Below the pieces are notes generated by a model. The model had not been told where the DNA came from and ran no database searches. It saw only the letters and a list, made by a program, of their open reading frames with translations. A program made the translations under genes and the position numbers. Positions 40,536 through 53,640 of a stretch of DNA of 64,000 nucleotides are shown piece by piece. Where the stretch lies: contig JBHGNT010000021.1 in NCBI GenBank assembly GCA_043228905.1, positions 8,184,001 through 8,248,000 of the forward strand, given 5' to 3'. Each line of letters opens with the position of its first letter. Positions within the stretch are counted from its first letter, which is position 1. The stretch comes from Azolla caroliniana. Lineage: Eukaryota > Plantae > Polypodiophyta.

Positions 40536-42610
40536 TCTTTCTATGTGATTCTTATGTTTTATGTAAAGTGTCGTACTTTCAAACCGTGTACTTTGAGTCT
40601 TTCACATATGCTTTCGCACATGTATTCTTTTATATGGTATCAGACCACGGGGGTTGAAACTCCTATGCAACCAACAAAAAAAGCTTGCGACAAAGACAGA
40701 GTTAAGTTATTGTTTTCGGAAAAGATAAGACAACAATATGGACAGAGGAATGAGAAGCTCACTATTGATTGAGAAGTTTGACAGGAATAACTACACATCT
40801 TGGTTATACAAGACGCACTAGTACCTCCTTAGTCATGGTTATTGGAGTTATGTTGAAGGAGCTAATGATATAGCACCCGAATCGATACACAAAGATTTTT
40901 CGACTTGGAACAAGCAGCAAGCAGAGTTATTATTGCTTTGCGTCCTGTGTGAGCGATTAGCTCTTGAGCTATATTCGGGATACGAAAACTCTAAAGGATG
41001 CTTGGGCGAATCTTAAGGGGATTTTCGCCGCTAGCGCAACGACTAGGAAGTTGTAGTTTAGGCCAGAGCTCAACAATGTCCGATAGAAAGATTTGTCTGT
41101 GGTTGATTACACGGCCCGAATCAAGGAGATTTGTGAGTCTCTCGCCTCCGTTAACGTGAACATCGAGGAGGACGAAATGGTCCAGGTTTGTCTTGGAGGG
41201 TTAGCGTCAAAGTTCAGAGCATTCCAAATGGCAGTCTACACAAGGGAGAATACGCCTTCGTTTTTGAGCTTCAGTCGATGTTGTTCGTGGAGAAAAATCA
41301 AGCGGGTGCGTCGACGAGTACGCCGCCAATGGCAGGATGCTGTACACGGAGGAAGATAGGCCTTGTGGATGTGGCGGACGAGGCAAATCGGTGCACAATG
41401 GAGGCGGCCGAAAAGAGCAAAACGTGCGGCATAATCGAAATGCCGGAAGCAATTCCGAAACCTCAAGAAGCAGGGGGAGTCATAGCGGCGTCGGAAGCCG
41501 ACAAGAGAAGGTTGCGACGAAATGTTGGTATTGTGGCAAGAAAGTCCATAGGGAGAGCGAGTGCTGCAAGAAGAGAGTCAATTCGGACAAAGCCGGATCG
41601 AGCGAAGGAGACACGAGAAGGCATTAGAAGTTGCACTACGCCGAGGGCTTCGAACAAGCCGGAAATGTATTGGGCCCAACCTTCCTAATGAAGCACAAGG
41701 CCAATTCGATGGTCGTGAACACCTCGTAATTGAGCGAGGTGTGGTATGTTGATTTCGGAGCGTCAAATCATATGACGAGTCATGAGGAATGGTTCTCGTA
41801 CTTGGAGAAACCGGAAAAGCAAGGAGTGGTCGAAATGGGAGATGACACTCCGCATACCATCGAACATGTCGGAGAAGTTCCTCTCAGCCACGTTGGGCAG
41901 AAAGGGAAACTTATGAACGTGTTGCACGTCCCGACAATAACCAAGAACTTAGTGTCGGTCGGTCAGATCGTCGACCAAGGGATGCAAGTTCGATTCACGC
42001 ATCTTGGGTGCTACATTGAAGAAGAAGGCAAAGTAATCGCGCAAGGGCGCCGTGAAGGGAGGATGTTCATCCTCGACACCAACCAAGCCGGAACCGCGCT
42101 GTTCGCGAAAGGACAGAAGGTTGAATTGGATATCGACCTATGGCACAAGTGGTTCGGCCACGTTAACTTCCCACGACTTCGTGAAATGTAGATGAAGAAC
42201 ATTGTTGTCGGATTGCCGAAATTTCATGGCCATAATGGCGAAGTCTACGAAGCTTGCCAATTAGGGAAGCAATACCGACTTCCATTCCCCAATGAGCATA
42301 ATCGTAGTCGAAATCCGTTGGATTTGATCCATTCGGGTGTGGGAACCGGCACAAAACGTGAGTCTTAGTGGAAGCTGTTACTTCGTAACCTTCATCGATG
42401 ACTTCACTCGACATACTTGGGCATGTATGATCGCAAAGAAGAGTGAAGTCTTTGCATGGTTCTTGAAGGTGAGGAACCTTGTAGAACAGGAAACAGGGTG
42501 TAAGATCAAATGCCTATGGTCCGATGGCGGGAAACAATACTTCTTCGACCAGTTCACAAGTTATCTACAAAAGGAGGGAATTCGACGTGAATTCTCCTGT
42601 ACATACACGC
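39984..42610 (+). mobile_element. Copia 5' half (LTR about 40232-40634, PBS 40635-40645, gag-PR-integrase to 42610), preceded by part of a related LTR (about 39984-40231)
   Basis: Same family as 3754-8137: CWYCGKKVHRESEC, WYVDFGASNHMT, YFVTFIDDFTR. Confidence 0.85.
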
Positions 42611-45600
42611 TGTGAGAGCGTGGAAGTGATGAAGGCTGGGTGTGCAAGAAAACGTCTGTGTGTGGGGTGTGCTTGGGGTAACTGTTTTTTAGCAAACGCC
42701 TAGGGTTTTGTGCATGAAGAGGAGCTTGAAGATTCTTGGTCGTGGATGCCATAATAGGATATTATGGCCACATGTCCTAGGGAGTTAGTGGTGTGCCTTG
42801 GATGCTGTGCATGTGCCTTTAAATACTTAAGTGAATGTGAAAGTGACTAGTGTGTGCCTCTAAACCTGACGTGATTTGGGTGATGTGGTAGGTGGTTTAG
42901 GTGGAACTAACTAATTGCTAAAACTATGCCTAATCCTACCTAATGTACACTTTGGAATGTTGGTGGGTTCTTACTAAGGGGGACGCGTGGCCTCCTTTGT
43001 GGCATTATCCGTGCCGTGAGACTCGGCGAAAGGGTTGGCTGGGGTATTTCCCTGGTACGGTCGCAGTCGGAATCCATTCACCTAGTTTTTGACAATTTCC
43101 CCGGTGAGGGGCCGAGCTGGAACGTGTCGTTAAACTCATCAATAATCTAGAAGGGGTCGGTCCATCGAAATTGTAATTTCCCTGGCATGGCACCGAGTCG
43201 TGTCTGGAAAATGAGGACCGATTTGCCGATGGTCAGTTCTTGTTCCAATCCTTTCTGATGTCGGTCCACAGAGGCTTTCCGTTGTCATTGTCGTTGTTCA
43301 AGTTGGGCCATGCTCGCTACTCGTCCTCGCCAAGTTCGAGGAGTTGTTCTAGCCTAATTTGTTCGGATTGGGCCTCGGGGAGCCTTGCTTTAACTTGAAC
43401 TCGGAGACTCGGAACTCGGAACTCGATGGGCATAACGACTTCGAGACCAAAAGCCATCCGAAAGGGGGTGGATTGAATGCTCGTTTTGAATGTAGTGCGA
43501 TAAGCCCATAGTGCACTATGGAGCTTGTCATCCCAATCGATGCGGTTCTCGTTGACAATCTTCTTCAGGATTGTTTGGAGAATTTTGTTAGTCGATTCTG
43601 CCAATCCGTTTGCCTGCGGGTAGTATGGTGTACTTTTCTTATGTACAACCGCGTAGTGTGTCGTAAACTCGCGTATTATATGGTTTATAAAGTGCCCACC
43701 TTGGTCACTAATGAGCTCAATTGGGCATCCATAACGGCATTAGAGATGTTCGTACACGAATTTGGCCGTGGATGCTGTCGTGTTGTCTCGTAAAGCCTTT
43801 GCCTCGACCCATTTTATGCAGAAGGCCGTGGCCACGATGATATACTTATTACCAGTTCGGGCCGCGACTGGATTGAAGGGTCCCACAAAATCTAACCCCC
43901 ATTTTTGAAATGGTTCTAATGGAAAAATGGGTTGATGTGGCATTCGAGCTTGTTCCATCGGTTGTCCCAACCGTTGGCGCAAGTCGCACTGCTGACAGAA
44001 CTCGTGGGCATCCTTTTTCGTTGTAGGCCACCATAACCCACTCTACCATACTTTCCTTGCCGTGGAATCTCCAGCGTAGTGTCCATCGGCGATTCCTAGG
44101 TGGGCCTCTTGGAGGATGGCCTTCTTCTCGAATTGTTGAATTGCCTGACGCCATATTCCATCCGAGCCTTTGTGGTAGAGGATTTCGGAAACGAGACAAA
44201 AGTTTCGGCTTCATAATGCGAGTCGTTTCCATAGATCGAGGGGCATGTGGTCGAGAGGCAGGCTAGTACTAAGGAAATGGGTCATCTCCATGATCCATTC
44301 ATCTTCTTTGTCGTCTGGCAGCGTTGTGAGATTAAATAGGCCGACATTGGGTAAATCGTCATACGTGGACTCAGTAGGGTCCCCTGACTTGAGGCTGCTT
44401 AGGTAGTCAACGACGGTGTGTTGGAATCCGGGTCGATGCTGTATATGAAAATCAAACTCTTGTAACAGGAGCACCCATCGAGCCAGTCGACCTGTCAGGG
44501 CTTGTTTATTGACCAGGTAAAGGAGGGCCGAGTGATCGACGTGAAATGTGAATTTTCGGCCTAAGAGGTAATGCCGAAATTGACTGATGCTATAGATCAT
44601 ACCGAGGGCCTCTCGTTCAGTGGTTGAATAGTTCTTTTCCGCGATTGAGAGACGTCGGCTAGCATAATACACTGGTCGATACCAATTTGGGGGCGTGCAT
44701 TGCATAAGTGCTCTCTCGATGGCGATATTTGATGCGTCCACGAAGACGTGAAAAGGTTTCGATCATATCGGGGGCTGTACAATTGGGGCATGCGAGAGCA
44801 TTAATTTCAAAGCTTGGTAAGCCTCGTCCTCGATTGAAGTCCATTGAAAAGGAAGTTGATGCACCGCCGCGTGTAGTGGTGTCGCGAAATCGGCCAGGTG
44901 GCGTATCATCCGGTTGTGCCATCTGATTTGTCCCAGAAATCGGCTGAGGGCCTTTACGTTCGAGGGTGCAAAAGTGTTTAGGATGGCTTGTACTTTATTC
45001 GGGTCCATGGTGATGGCTTCTTGACTAACGATGTGCCTGAGTAGGTTGTCGCTTGTGACCAAGAATGCGCATTTTGTCGGGTTTAAACTTAACTGAGCCT
45101 GGCGACATCGATCAAGACAGAGATGTAACTGGGTCATGTGTTCCAGTCGCTGGCCATATACGGCGAAGTCGTCGAGAAAGACTTGCATGAACGCCGAGAT
45201 ATACTCGGTAAAAATTTCGGTGATGATGCGCTGGAACGTGGCCAACACCGTTTTCAAACCGAACATCATTACTTCTACCATGAAAACACCCCATTCCATG
45301 ACAAATGTTGTTTTCTCCTGATCATCCGGGTGCATTCTGATTTGGTTGTAACCACTGAACCCGTCTAGAAAGCTGTAGCATTCGTGACCTGCCACCGTGT
45401 CGAGAACGCTATCTGTGAACGGGAGCGGGAATCCATCCGTGACCGTTGCAGCATTAAGCTTGTGGTAGTCGACCTAGACTCGGATTTTCCCATTTTTCTT
45501 GGGGACGACTATGATTGGGCTTAACCTTGTGGTGCGTTTTACAGGTCGTATGAACCCAACTAAGAGGATCTTGTCTATTTCTTCCTTGACCTTAGCCGCA

Positions 45601-46627
45601 TAATTGGGGTTCATTCGGTATTGTCTTTGCTGAACTGACCGAGCATTAAGGAGAAGATGGATCTGGTGTTGGTAGTATTGAGGGTCCAAACCCTTCATAT
45701 CTGTGTAAGACCATGCGAATACATCCTGGTAATCGGTGAGTAAGCGTATGAGGGCTGCTCGTTCGCTGGCTGGTAAGTTATTAGCAATTTGTAGGGTGCG
45801 AGGGTTCTCGTCCGAACCGAGGTTCAGTGTTTCTAGCGTTGATGCCTTCACTCGTTGGGAGATGGCGAGTTCTCATTCAAAAGCATCCCGAGTGTGTCGT
45901 AATTCTGCGATGGTGGTGGGATCTGGCTCGTCCTGAGGAGGTGTATTCTCCGTGACCTCCTCGTTTAGAGGTGTGCCGACGGCCGATATGGCGTCGATTT
46001 CGAAGAGGGGTATGATAGTGGGATGGTCTTCTAGGAAGTCAGCCACCTCGTCATCGGCTAACCCGTCGAGCATGTGCACCCCTTCCGTGTATAACGACGA
46101 GGTGTTGTGGGGCATGGTTACGCGTTCTTCGGTTATGATCCGGACCTTGGTCTTTCCTCGGTTATGATCCGGACATTCACGCCAGAGCCGCCGTCGATTA
46201 TGCACCCATGCAGGTCCCGTCCTTTAATCATAATTTTTATGGCTGGATTCTAAGCATCCATGAGGGGTGAACCCGTTCCTGGCTCGGTCAGGTGCATAGG
46301 TGGCGCGATGGAATGGGTGTTGGTCGTGAGTGTAGCCAAGGTGTCCCGAAAACGCGGCATGAGTGGTAAGAGTTTATGTAGAGGCAGGGAGATCCTGGAA
46401 CTGGTAAGGGCGTCCCATACCTGGTCATCTTTTGTCGACGTGGATGGTGCCGAGGACTGTGGTGCTCTGATGGTCGCGTCTCCCGTTTCTGTTTGCATCC
46501 GCACCACATTATTTTTGTTGGCCGTATCAATCCATTCTTTGGCTGCTTGCCAGACTTCATCCTGTACTTGCCATGGAGTGGCTTGGGCTTTACTACGTGT
46601 TGTGACGTTTTGCACGTCGGCCATAAT

Positions 46628-49600
46628 TATTAGAGATTAGGTACTAAAGTAAGCATAAAATAAGGATATATCAATGATAGATCTATAAAGAATAGAGAGA
46701 AAAGAGAGAAAGAAGGGTGCCGATCCACCCGACCACCCCCGAGCGAAGGGATCGAGACGGACTCGAGCCTCGATCGGCGTCCCATACCACCGCCTTGGCG
46801 TCGAGTCGTACCTGGATGATAGCGCGCTTGCTACAAGAGTCGTTCCACTCACGGACAGAGTCTCGACGTAGTCAATGCATGATGAAATGAGGGTAGCTAG
46901 GCCTCTTATTTATAGTAATTCTCAAGGCCCCCAGCCATGTTCACACTTGGCCTCATGGGTTGTCTCAATCCCGAGGATTAAAAGTAATCCTCCCCTTCTT
47001 TAGACTCTTTGTTTAACCCTCACACTTATCTACGTGTATAGAATACTACGACAATTCTCACCACGGGATATTATATGGTCATGCCCGTAACATACTCCCC
47101 CTCTTTAAAACATTGCACTCTTGCAATGGAAAGTTAGGGAAGTTAGTTGTTAGAGTCGTTTCGCGTTCCCATGTGGCATCTTTGATTGATTTATCCATCC
47201 ATTTTATTTTAAATTCTCGGATTTCCTTAGTACGTAATTTTTTTGTTTTAACATCGAGAATTCTTTCTGGTACATGTGGTTTAGAAGATAAATCTTCAGA
47301 AGTAACCAGAGTTTCAGTTGTAACTGTATTGTCGCCAGAACCTAGAAGTTCTTTTAGACGACTTACATGAAAGACTGGATGGATTCCAACACCATCGGGA
47401 AGAGCGAGACGATAGGCTGATGATCCAATGCGTTTGAGGACTGTAAAAGGTCCACAAAACCGTGGGGCTAACTTAGCGCACCTACCCGTAGACAACGTCT
47501 TAGAATTGTGAGGTACACGTAAAAATACCTTCTGTCCAGGGCTGAATACACAAGGTTGCCTGTGATGATCGACATAAAAACGCGCTCTATCTTGAGCTGT
47601 TTTTATATTATCCCGTGCAATATGCAACATATCTTGCATATCCCGAAGAAAGTTTTGCGTACTTCGCAACTCATCATGATGTATATTAACATCAATCAGG
47701 GCTCGTGGCTGAAATCCATACATCAACATAAAAGGACTATATCCCGTCGACGTATGCTTGGAGCTGTTATAAGCAAACTCCAAAATTGGGAGGTAACGTT
47801 CCCATTTTGTTGGTTTTGCACCAACGTATGCTCGAAGCATGTCCTCAATAATTTGATTTACTCGTTCTGTCTGTCCATCGGATTGAGGATGATCCGTGGA
47901 GCTCATGCTCAACGTAGTTTCTAACTTCTTAAAGACTTGCGTCCAGAAGTCACTAGTAAACTTCGGATCTCGGTCACTCACGATATCCATCGGTAACCCG
48001 TAAAAACGAAATAACTCATCAACGAATTGGTAAGCCAATTCAGGAGCTGTTACCGTGGTTTTAGTAGCAATAAATCTGGCCATTTTAGTTAGTCTGTCAA
48101 CCACAACCCATATGGCATCATGACCTTTTTGGGTGCGAGGAAGGCTAACAATAAAATCCATGGATATACTTTCCCACTTATTATTGGGAATGTCCAAGGG
48201 ATGTAAAAGTCATGCGGCTTTAAGTCGCTCGGCTTTGTTAACCTGACATTGGTGACATTTAGTCACATAGGTATGTATGTCAGGACGCATCTTAGGCCAA
48301 TAAAATTGAGTGGAGATGAGAACGAGTGTACGATGTATTCCAGGGTGCCCTGCTGAGGGTGCATCATGGCATTCAAAAAGAATTCTCTTTTTGACCTCAG
48401 GCAAATCTGGAACACAAACCTTCCCATTACGGTAGAGCAGACCGTTAGCAATGTGGAAGTATTCCTTCGAGGGTGTGGTGGTGTCTGTTCCAGACTCGAC
48501 TCTTGCCCAGTATTTTGCAAAATAATTGTCATCAGGATACTTTCCTCGAAGGTGATCATAAAGATCTGATGTTATTTCAGTGAAGCTAAGCATGTTAACT
48601 TCACGGATGCGACTTAGTGCATCAGCGACAGTATTCATGGAACCTTTACGATATCGTATGGAAAAATCAAAGTCCTGGATGAGATCAGCCCATCGTGCCT
48701 TACGACCTTTCAGGTCTTGTTGGTCACAAAAATATTTCAAGGACTCGTGGTCCGTAGTTACCACAAAGCGATTTCCATAAAGATAATGGCGCCATGTTTT
48801 GAGCGCATGTATAACCGCAAATAATTCCTTTTCTTGAACGGTATACCGACATTGAGCAGAATCAAGTTTCTTACTCTCGAATGCTATTGGTTTACCATCT
48901 TGATACAAGACAGCACCTATAGCATAATCGCTTGCGTCGGTTTCAACCTCAAAAGGTTTTGAAGGATCGGGTAAAAGAAGTGAAGGAGCCTTGCATACCA
49001 AGTCCTTGAGTTCCTTAAAGGCGAGGTCTAGTGTAGCATTCCACACAATAGGTTTTGTAGACTTACGCGTTTGACCTTTTAGAAGATCAGTAAACGGCGT
49101 CGTCAATTGTGAGTAATTACGAAGAGATTTTCGCAAAAATCCGACAAAACCAAGGAATGATCGAACTTCTCGAATATTCCGAAGAGTGGGCCAAAGCTTG
49201 ATTTTCTCGATGCGAGAAGGATCAATTTCAACTCCTCGTTCGGTTATGAGATGTCCAAGATAAGTAATTGATTTCTTGAAGAACTCACATTTTGAGATCT
49301 TCGCGTAAAATTGTTTGTCACGCAATATTTGTAAAACAAAGCGGACATGTCTAGCATGTTCTTGTAATGTACGGCTATAAACTAAAATATCATCTAAGAA
49401 GATAACGACAAATTTTCCAAGTTGTTCTCGGAAAATGTCATTCATTTCTTGTTGAAATGTAGCCGGAGCATTGGTCAAACCAAAAGGCATAACCAAAAAC
49501 TCATAATGGCCGTAGCGCGTACGAAATGCTGTTTTAGGAACATCGTCCTCACTTATTCGTATTTGATGGTAGCCAGTACGGAGATCAAGTTTCGTAAAAT

Positions 49601-52600
49601 ACCGAGCTCCCTGGAGACGGTCAATTAGATCGTCAGCCTGGGGCAATGGGTACGAATTCTTGATCGTCACTTTATTCAAGCGTCGGTAATTAATACACAT
49701 ACGCCATGTGCCCTCTTTCTTTTTAACCAAGAGAACTGGTGCACCCCATGGAGATTTACTATAACGTATATAACCCATTCGTAAATAGTCCTTAAGTTGC
49801 TTAGCTACCTCATCCTCTTCAGATCGACTTAGGCGATACGGAGGTATACTAATGGGTGCAATGCCAGGTACAATATCTATACGATGGTCTATATTACGTT
49901 TAGGAGGTAAACCATCGGGTAGTTCACTCGGAAAAACATCACGAAAATCGTTTACGATTTCATCAAGTTGTTTTTGTTCAAAATATGTTAATTGACCCGA
50001 GACATTATCGATATTGTAAACGTGAATGTCCGGATCAAGTACACAATAAAATAACGTAGAACAAGACAACTCGGATATTGATGGACACGAGGAAACAATC
50101 GAGAGGGATTGTTTTGTTACACATTGAATAAAATGCGTACAATCGTTGAGTATAAAAGAAATGGAATGGCGAACCCAATCAATAAATAAAGAAGAGCTTT
50201 TATTATAAAACCAGGGATAACCCAGTATTACATCGGTGGTACTAAGATTCATTACATGGAAGTCTACTTCCTCTATATAGGTATCAATAGAAATTCCTAA
50301 AGAATGAATCGCCCCGTTGATGTGTTGTACTCTTCCATCAGCCAAGTGCACCGTGTAGGTGTGATCACTTACGGTGGGTTGGATTCCCCATATCTGTACC
50401 AAACGATCATTCACAAAATTGTGTGAGCTTCCCGAATCAAATAAAAATTGTACGGGAGATCCATTGATATACCCGTTTGCACGTAGTAAATCATTGGGAC
50501 CCAATACATAATGAGGGAAAGAACATTGACAATTACTCAAATGATGTGTATAGACCTGAAGGACATTAGGAATCTGACCTTTATGGTCTGTAGCTTTAGG
50601 TTTGGCGTCGTGCTCTTTTCGTTGGAGCTTACGACATTGCTCTTTTGTATGACCCTTCTTTTTGCAGAATACGCAAAAAGGATGTTGTCGCTTATAATCG
50701 CGATCCATGAATTCGTTGGGTGTCTTGCGTTTCCCAACGAATTGCGACTGCTTAGTCCCGGGCGCTTCGTTGGGTTTGTTATGGTCCTTCTTCGAAGTGT
50801 GTTGATAGCGAAGAACTATCTCAACGGCCTCTTCGAAGGATTTTGGATCCTTATCGTGCACTATCCAGTGATAGTCCGAATTGGGGATGCCATTGACAAA
50901 ACAAGCTATTAACCAATTGTCCCCTTCTAGACCCGATTTTTGGATTTGGGTTCTAGCATGGTGGACATAGTCTTCTAGCGAGGAAAACTTCCTGCTAGAG
51001 AGGTTCATTAAAGCTTGTGCTGCCTCGGTTCGAGAGGGAGGTTGTAGAAATTGACCCTTGAAAACTGTGACAAAGTCTGTCCAGGTCTCGGGCAATCTCC
51101 CCAAAGTTCGGAGGCCACGCCACCAAGCGGCGGCTTTACCCCCTAGTTCTCGGCCGACATATGCAATCTTCATACTATCTGGCGAGGGATAGAGCTCAAA
51201 ATGAGACTCCCATCGGCCCAGCCACGTGCAGATTGCTTCTTCGGTTCTTTCCTTTTTATCTCCCGTAAATGGCTTTACGACAAATGATGGTTCACCCTGA
51301 CGCTCATCAGGTCTATTAATCTCATTTTGGAGACTAATGACTCGTGCCTCGAGAGCACTTTGAGATTGCCGAAATTCGGTCAACTGCTGCGCGGTTGAAC
51401 TAAGGAAATGTTGTACTTGTAAAATATACGCCTCAATGGACATTGTCCCAGGAGGATTTCCTTGAGTTCTTTCCGCTTGAGCGGAGGGCATCGGGTCGTT
51501 ATTCTGAGCCATTGAATGATTATTTCTGGCAAAGAAATAAGATAAGGTCAGACAAATAGTCATAACATCTTGTCGTGGTGTAAACATATCATGGGCAAAC
51601 ATTAATCGATATCATGATCTCACGTCAATACCCCTCTAGACGTATGAGATGAGGTTCAAGATCAGGTTACTATGGTAACACAGAGGTGTTTTAAAAACCA
51701 TGGGGGTGACAAATGAATGCCTTTCCCTGATCTCTATATCGATTTTTTTCATGGCGGCTCCCCGAGGCTCAACCATGTATGTTCGCGTCATGAATAGTTT
51801 ATACACGAAAGAAATGTTAACAATAACTATGTTTCTGTGCCCACATATGTGGTTTCGGCTCTTTAAGTCCTATTACGAGGACCCCGAAGTGCACTTAGAC
51901 CTAAAGTCTAAACATGTATTATAGTCATATGTATCAACGATGTTGTATGGTGTTGGTCATATTTGAACTCGAGACCTCGAGGACAAATACATTAAACACT
52001 TGAGCCAACCAAGTAGATTGCGCGTCTTGAATGTTTAATGTTTGAGGCGTATTCGAGATATGCGAGGCATTTGCCCCTATATGTTTTTGTTTAAAAGAAA
52101 CATATAGGTCAAGTGGCCTTATTTCTCCCTCATTTATTACCCACTATGGTTGTATGCTACCTAACCTCAAGCCTCGTAATTACGATGGCATATGCCAAAG
52201 TGTAACCTAATGGTCAAGCCGAATGAGCCCTTGTGTCTTCGTAGGCTCATGTGGCCCATCACATGGTCACGTCATTACGAATGCCACTCGTAAGAACGAG
52301 CTCATGGTGGCATCGTATCCATGTAACGAGGGGAGATGTTGGATACGTGTGTCATTAGAGCGACCCTACTTGATGTGGATCAAGCCCGACGTATTCAACA
52401 TCATTTTGGCTATACGAGGTTCGTTACGTAACGAAATATCAAAGTGACCAACGGGAATTTCAACAATAAAAATTGTTGATAAAAGGGATGGTGACAACGC
52501 CATTCTCACAAAAATGTGAGGACGGCCACCAAAATCCTCTCCCCAAGTAGGAAAACATTTGATATGAATCACGTAATCTAAAATATACACATATGTCAAT

Positions 52601-53640
52601 TTATCACATATATACGATCAGAGACGTATATAAGTGACCACATATGCGTATACTAAATGAATCGTTTTTTTTATATAGCCAACAATGATGTATTCGGGAT
52701 ACGTAATCGAGGCATATACCTCTACGCACACGAAACATCCGAAAATAAGGTTAAGCGTAATTCGCAATTGAGGTATTGACCTCTTACGCATACTAAACCC
52801 AACGCATATCATTTCGAACGAATCGAGGTATTGACCTCGTACGCGAACGTAACATATGTTCGTGAACGTAATACGCAATTGAGGTAGTAACCTCGTACGC
52901 ATACGACACTCATCACATATGATTTATATGTCAAACGATAACCAATTAAATACCACTTCAACATCATTGAATATATGAAAAAAAAACTACATATTAAGTA
53001 TACACATGTATAGAAGGGAGAAGAAAAATTAGATAAAAAATTAAGGAAAATTTACCGAAGTTCTTTCGCTAATCCTTGTCTGCATGAAGGCGACCGCACA
53101 ACGATCAATCGCCATCCCACGCGAAGACAAAAAGAAAACCAAAAGAAACGTTAGTACATAGGCTCCGATACCAAATATTAGAGATTAGGTACTAAAGTAA
53201 GCATAAAATAAGGATATATCAATGATAGATCTATAAAGAATAGAGAGAAAAGAGAGAAAGAAGGGTGCCGATCCACCCGACCACCCCCGAGCGAAGGGAT
53301 CGAGACGGACTCGAGCCTCGATCGGCGTCCCATACCACCGCCTTGGCGTCGAGTCGTACCTGGATGATAGCGCGCTTGCTACAAGAGTCGTTCCACTCAC
53401 GGACAGAGTCTCGACGTAGTCAATGCATGATGAAATGAGGGTAGCTAGGCCTCTTATTTATAGTAATTCTCAAGGCCCCCAGCCATGTTCACACTTGGCC
53501 TCATGGGTTGTCTCAATCCCGAGGATTAAAAGTAATCCTCCCCTTCTTTAGACTCTTTGTTTAACCCTCACACTTATCCACGTGTATAGAATACTACGAC
53601 AATTCTCACCACGGGATATTATATGGTCATGCCCGTAACA
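46628..53640 (-). mobile_element. Very young full-length gypsy chromovirus G
   Basis: 465-bp LTRs (46628-47092, 53176-53640) with one difference seen; TSD ATAAT; PBS TGGTATCGGAGCC 53161-53173; PPT AAAGAGGGGGAG. Confidence 0.96.
47079..51602 (-). pseudogene. gag-pol polyprotein of G (gag, PR, RT, RNase H, integrase, chromodomain) with one in-frame TGA at 48212-48210
   Basis: ORFs 51602-48210 and 48197-47079 are in the same frame; motifs CVFCKKKGH...C, LFDSGS, FLDD, ETDAS, WESISMDFI, ERILD..FKIKW..ATWE. Confidence 0.93.

Noticed and set aside
42611-43000. 3' LTR of element H starting TGTGAGAG
   Set aside because: The region matches the TATA plus extra-ORF start seen in element I; there is no PPT or TSD, so it is a deletion junction.
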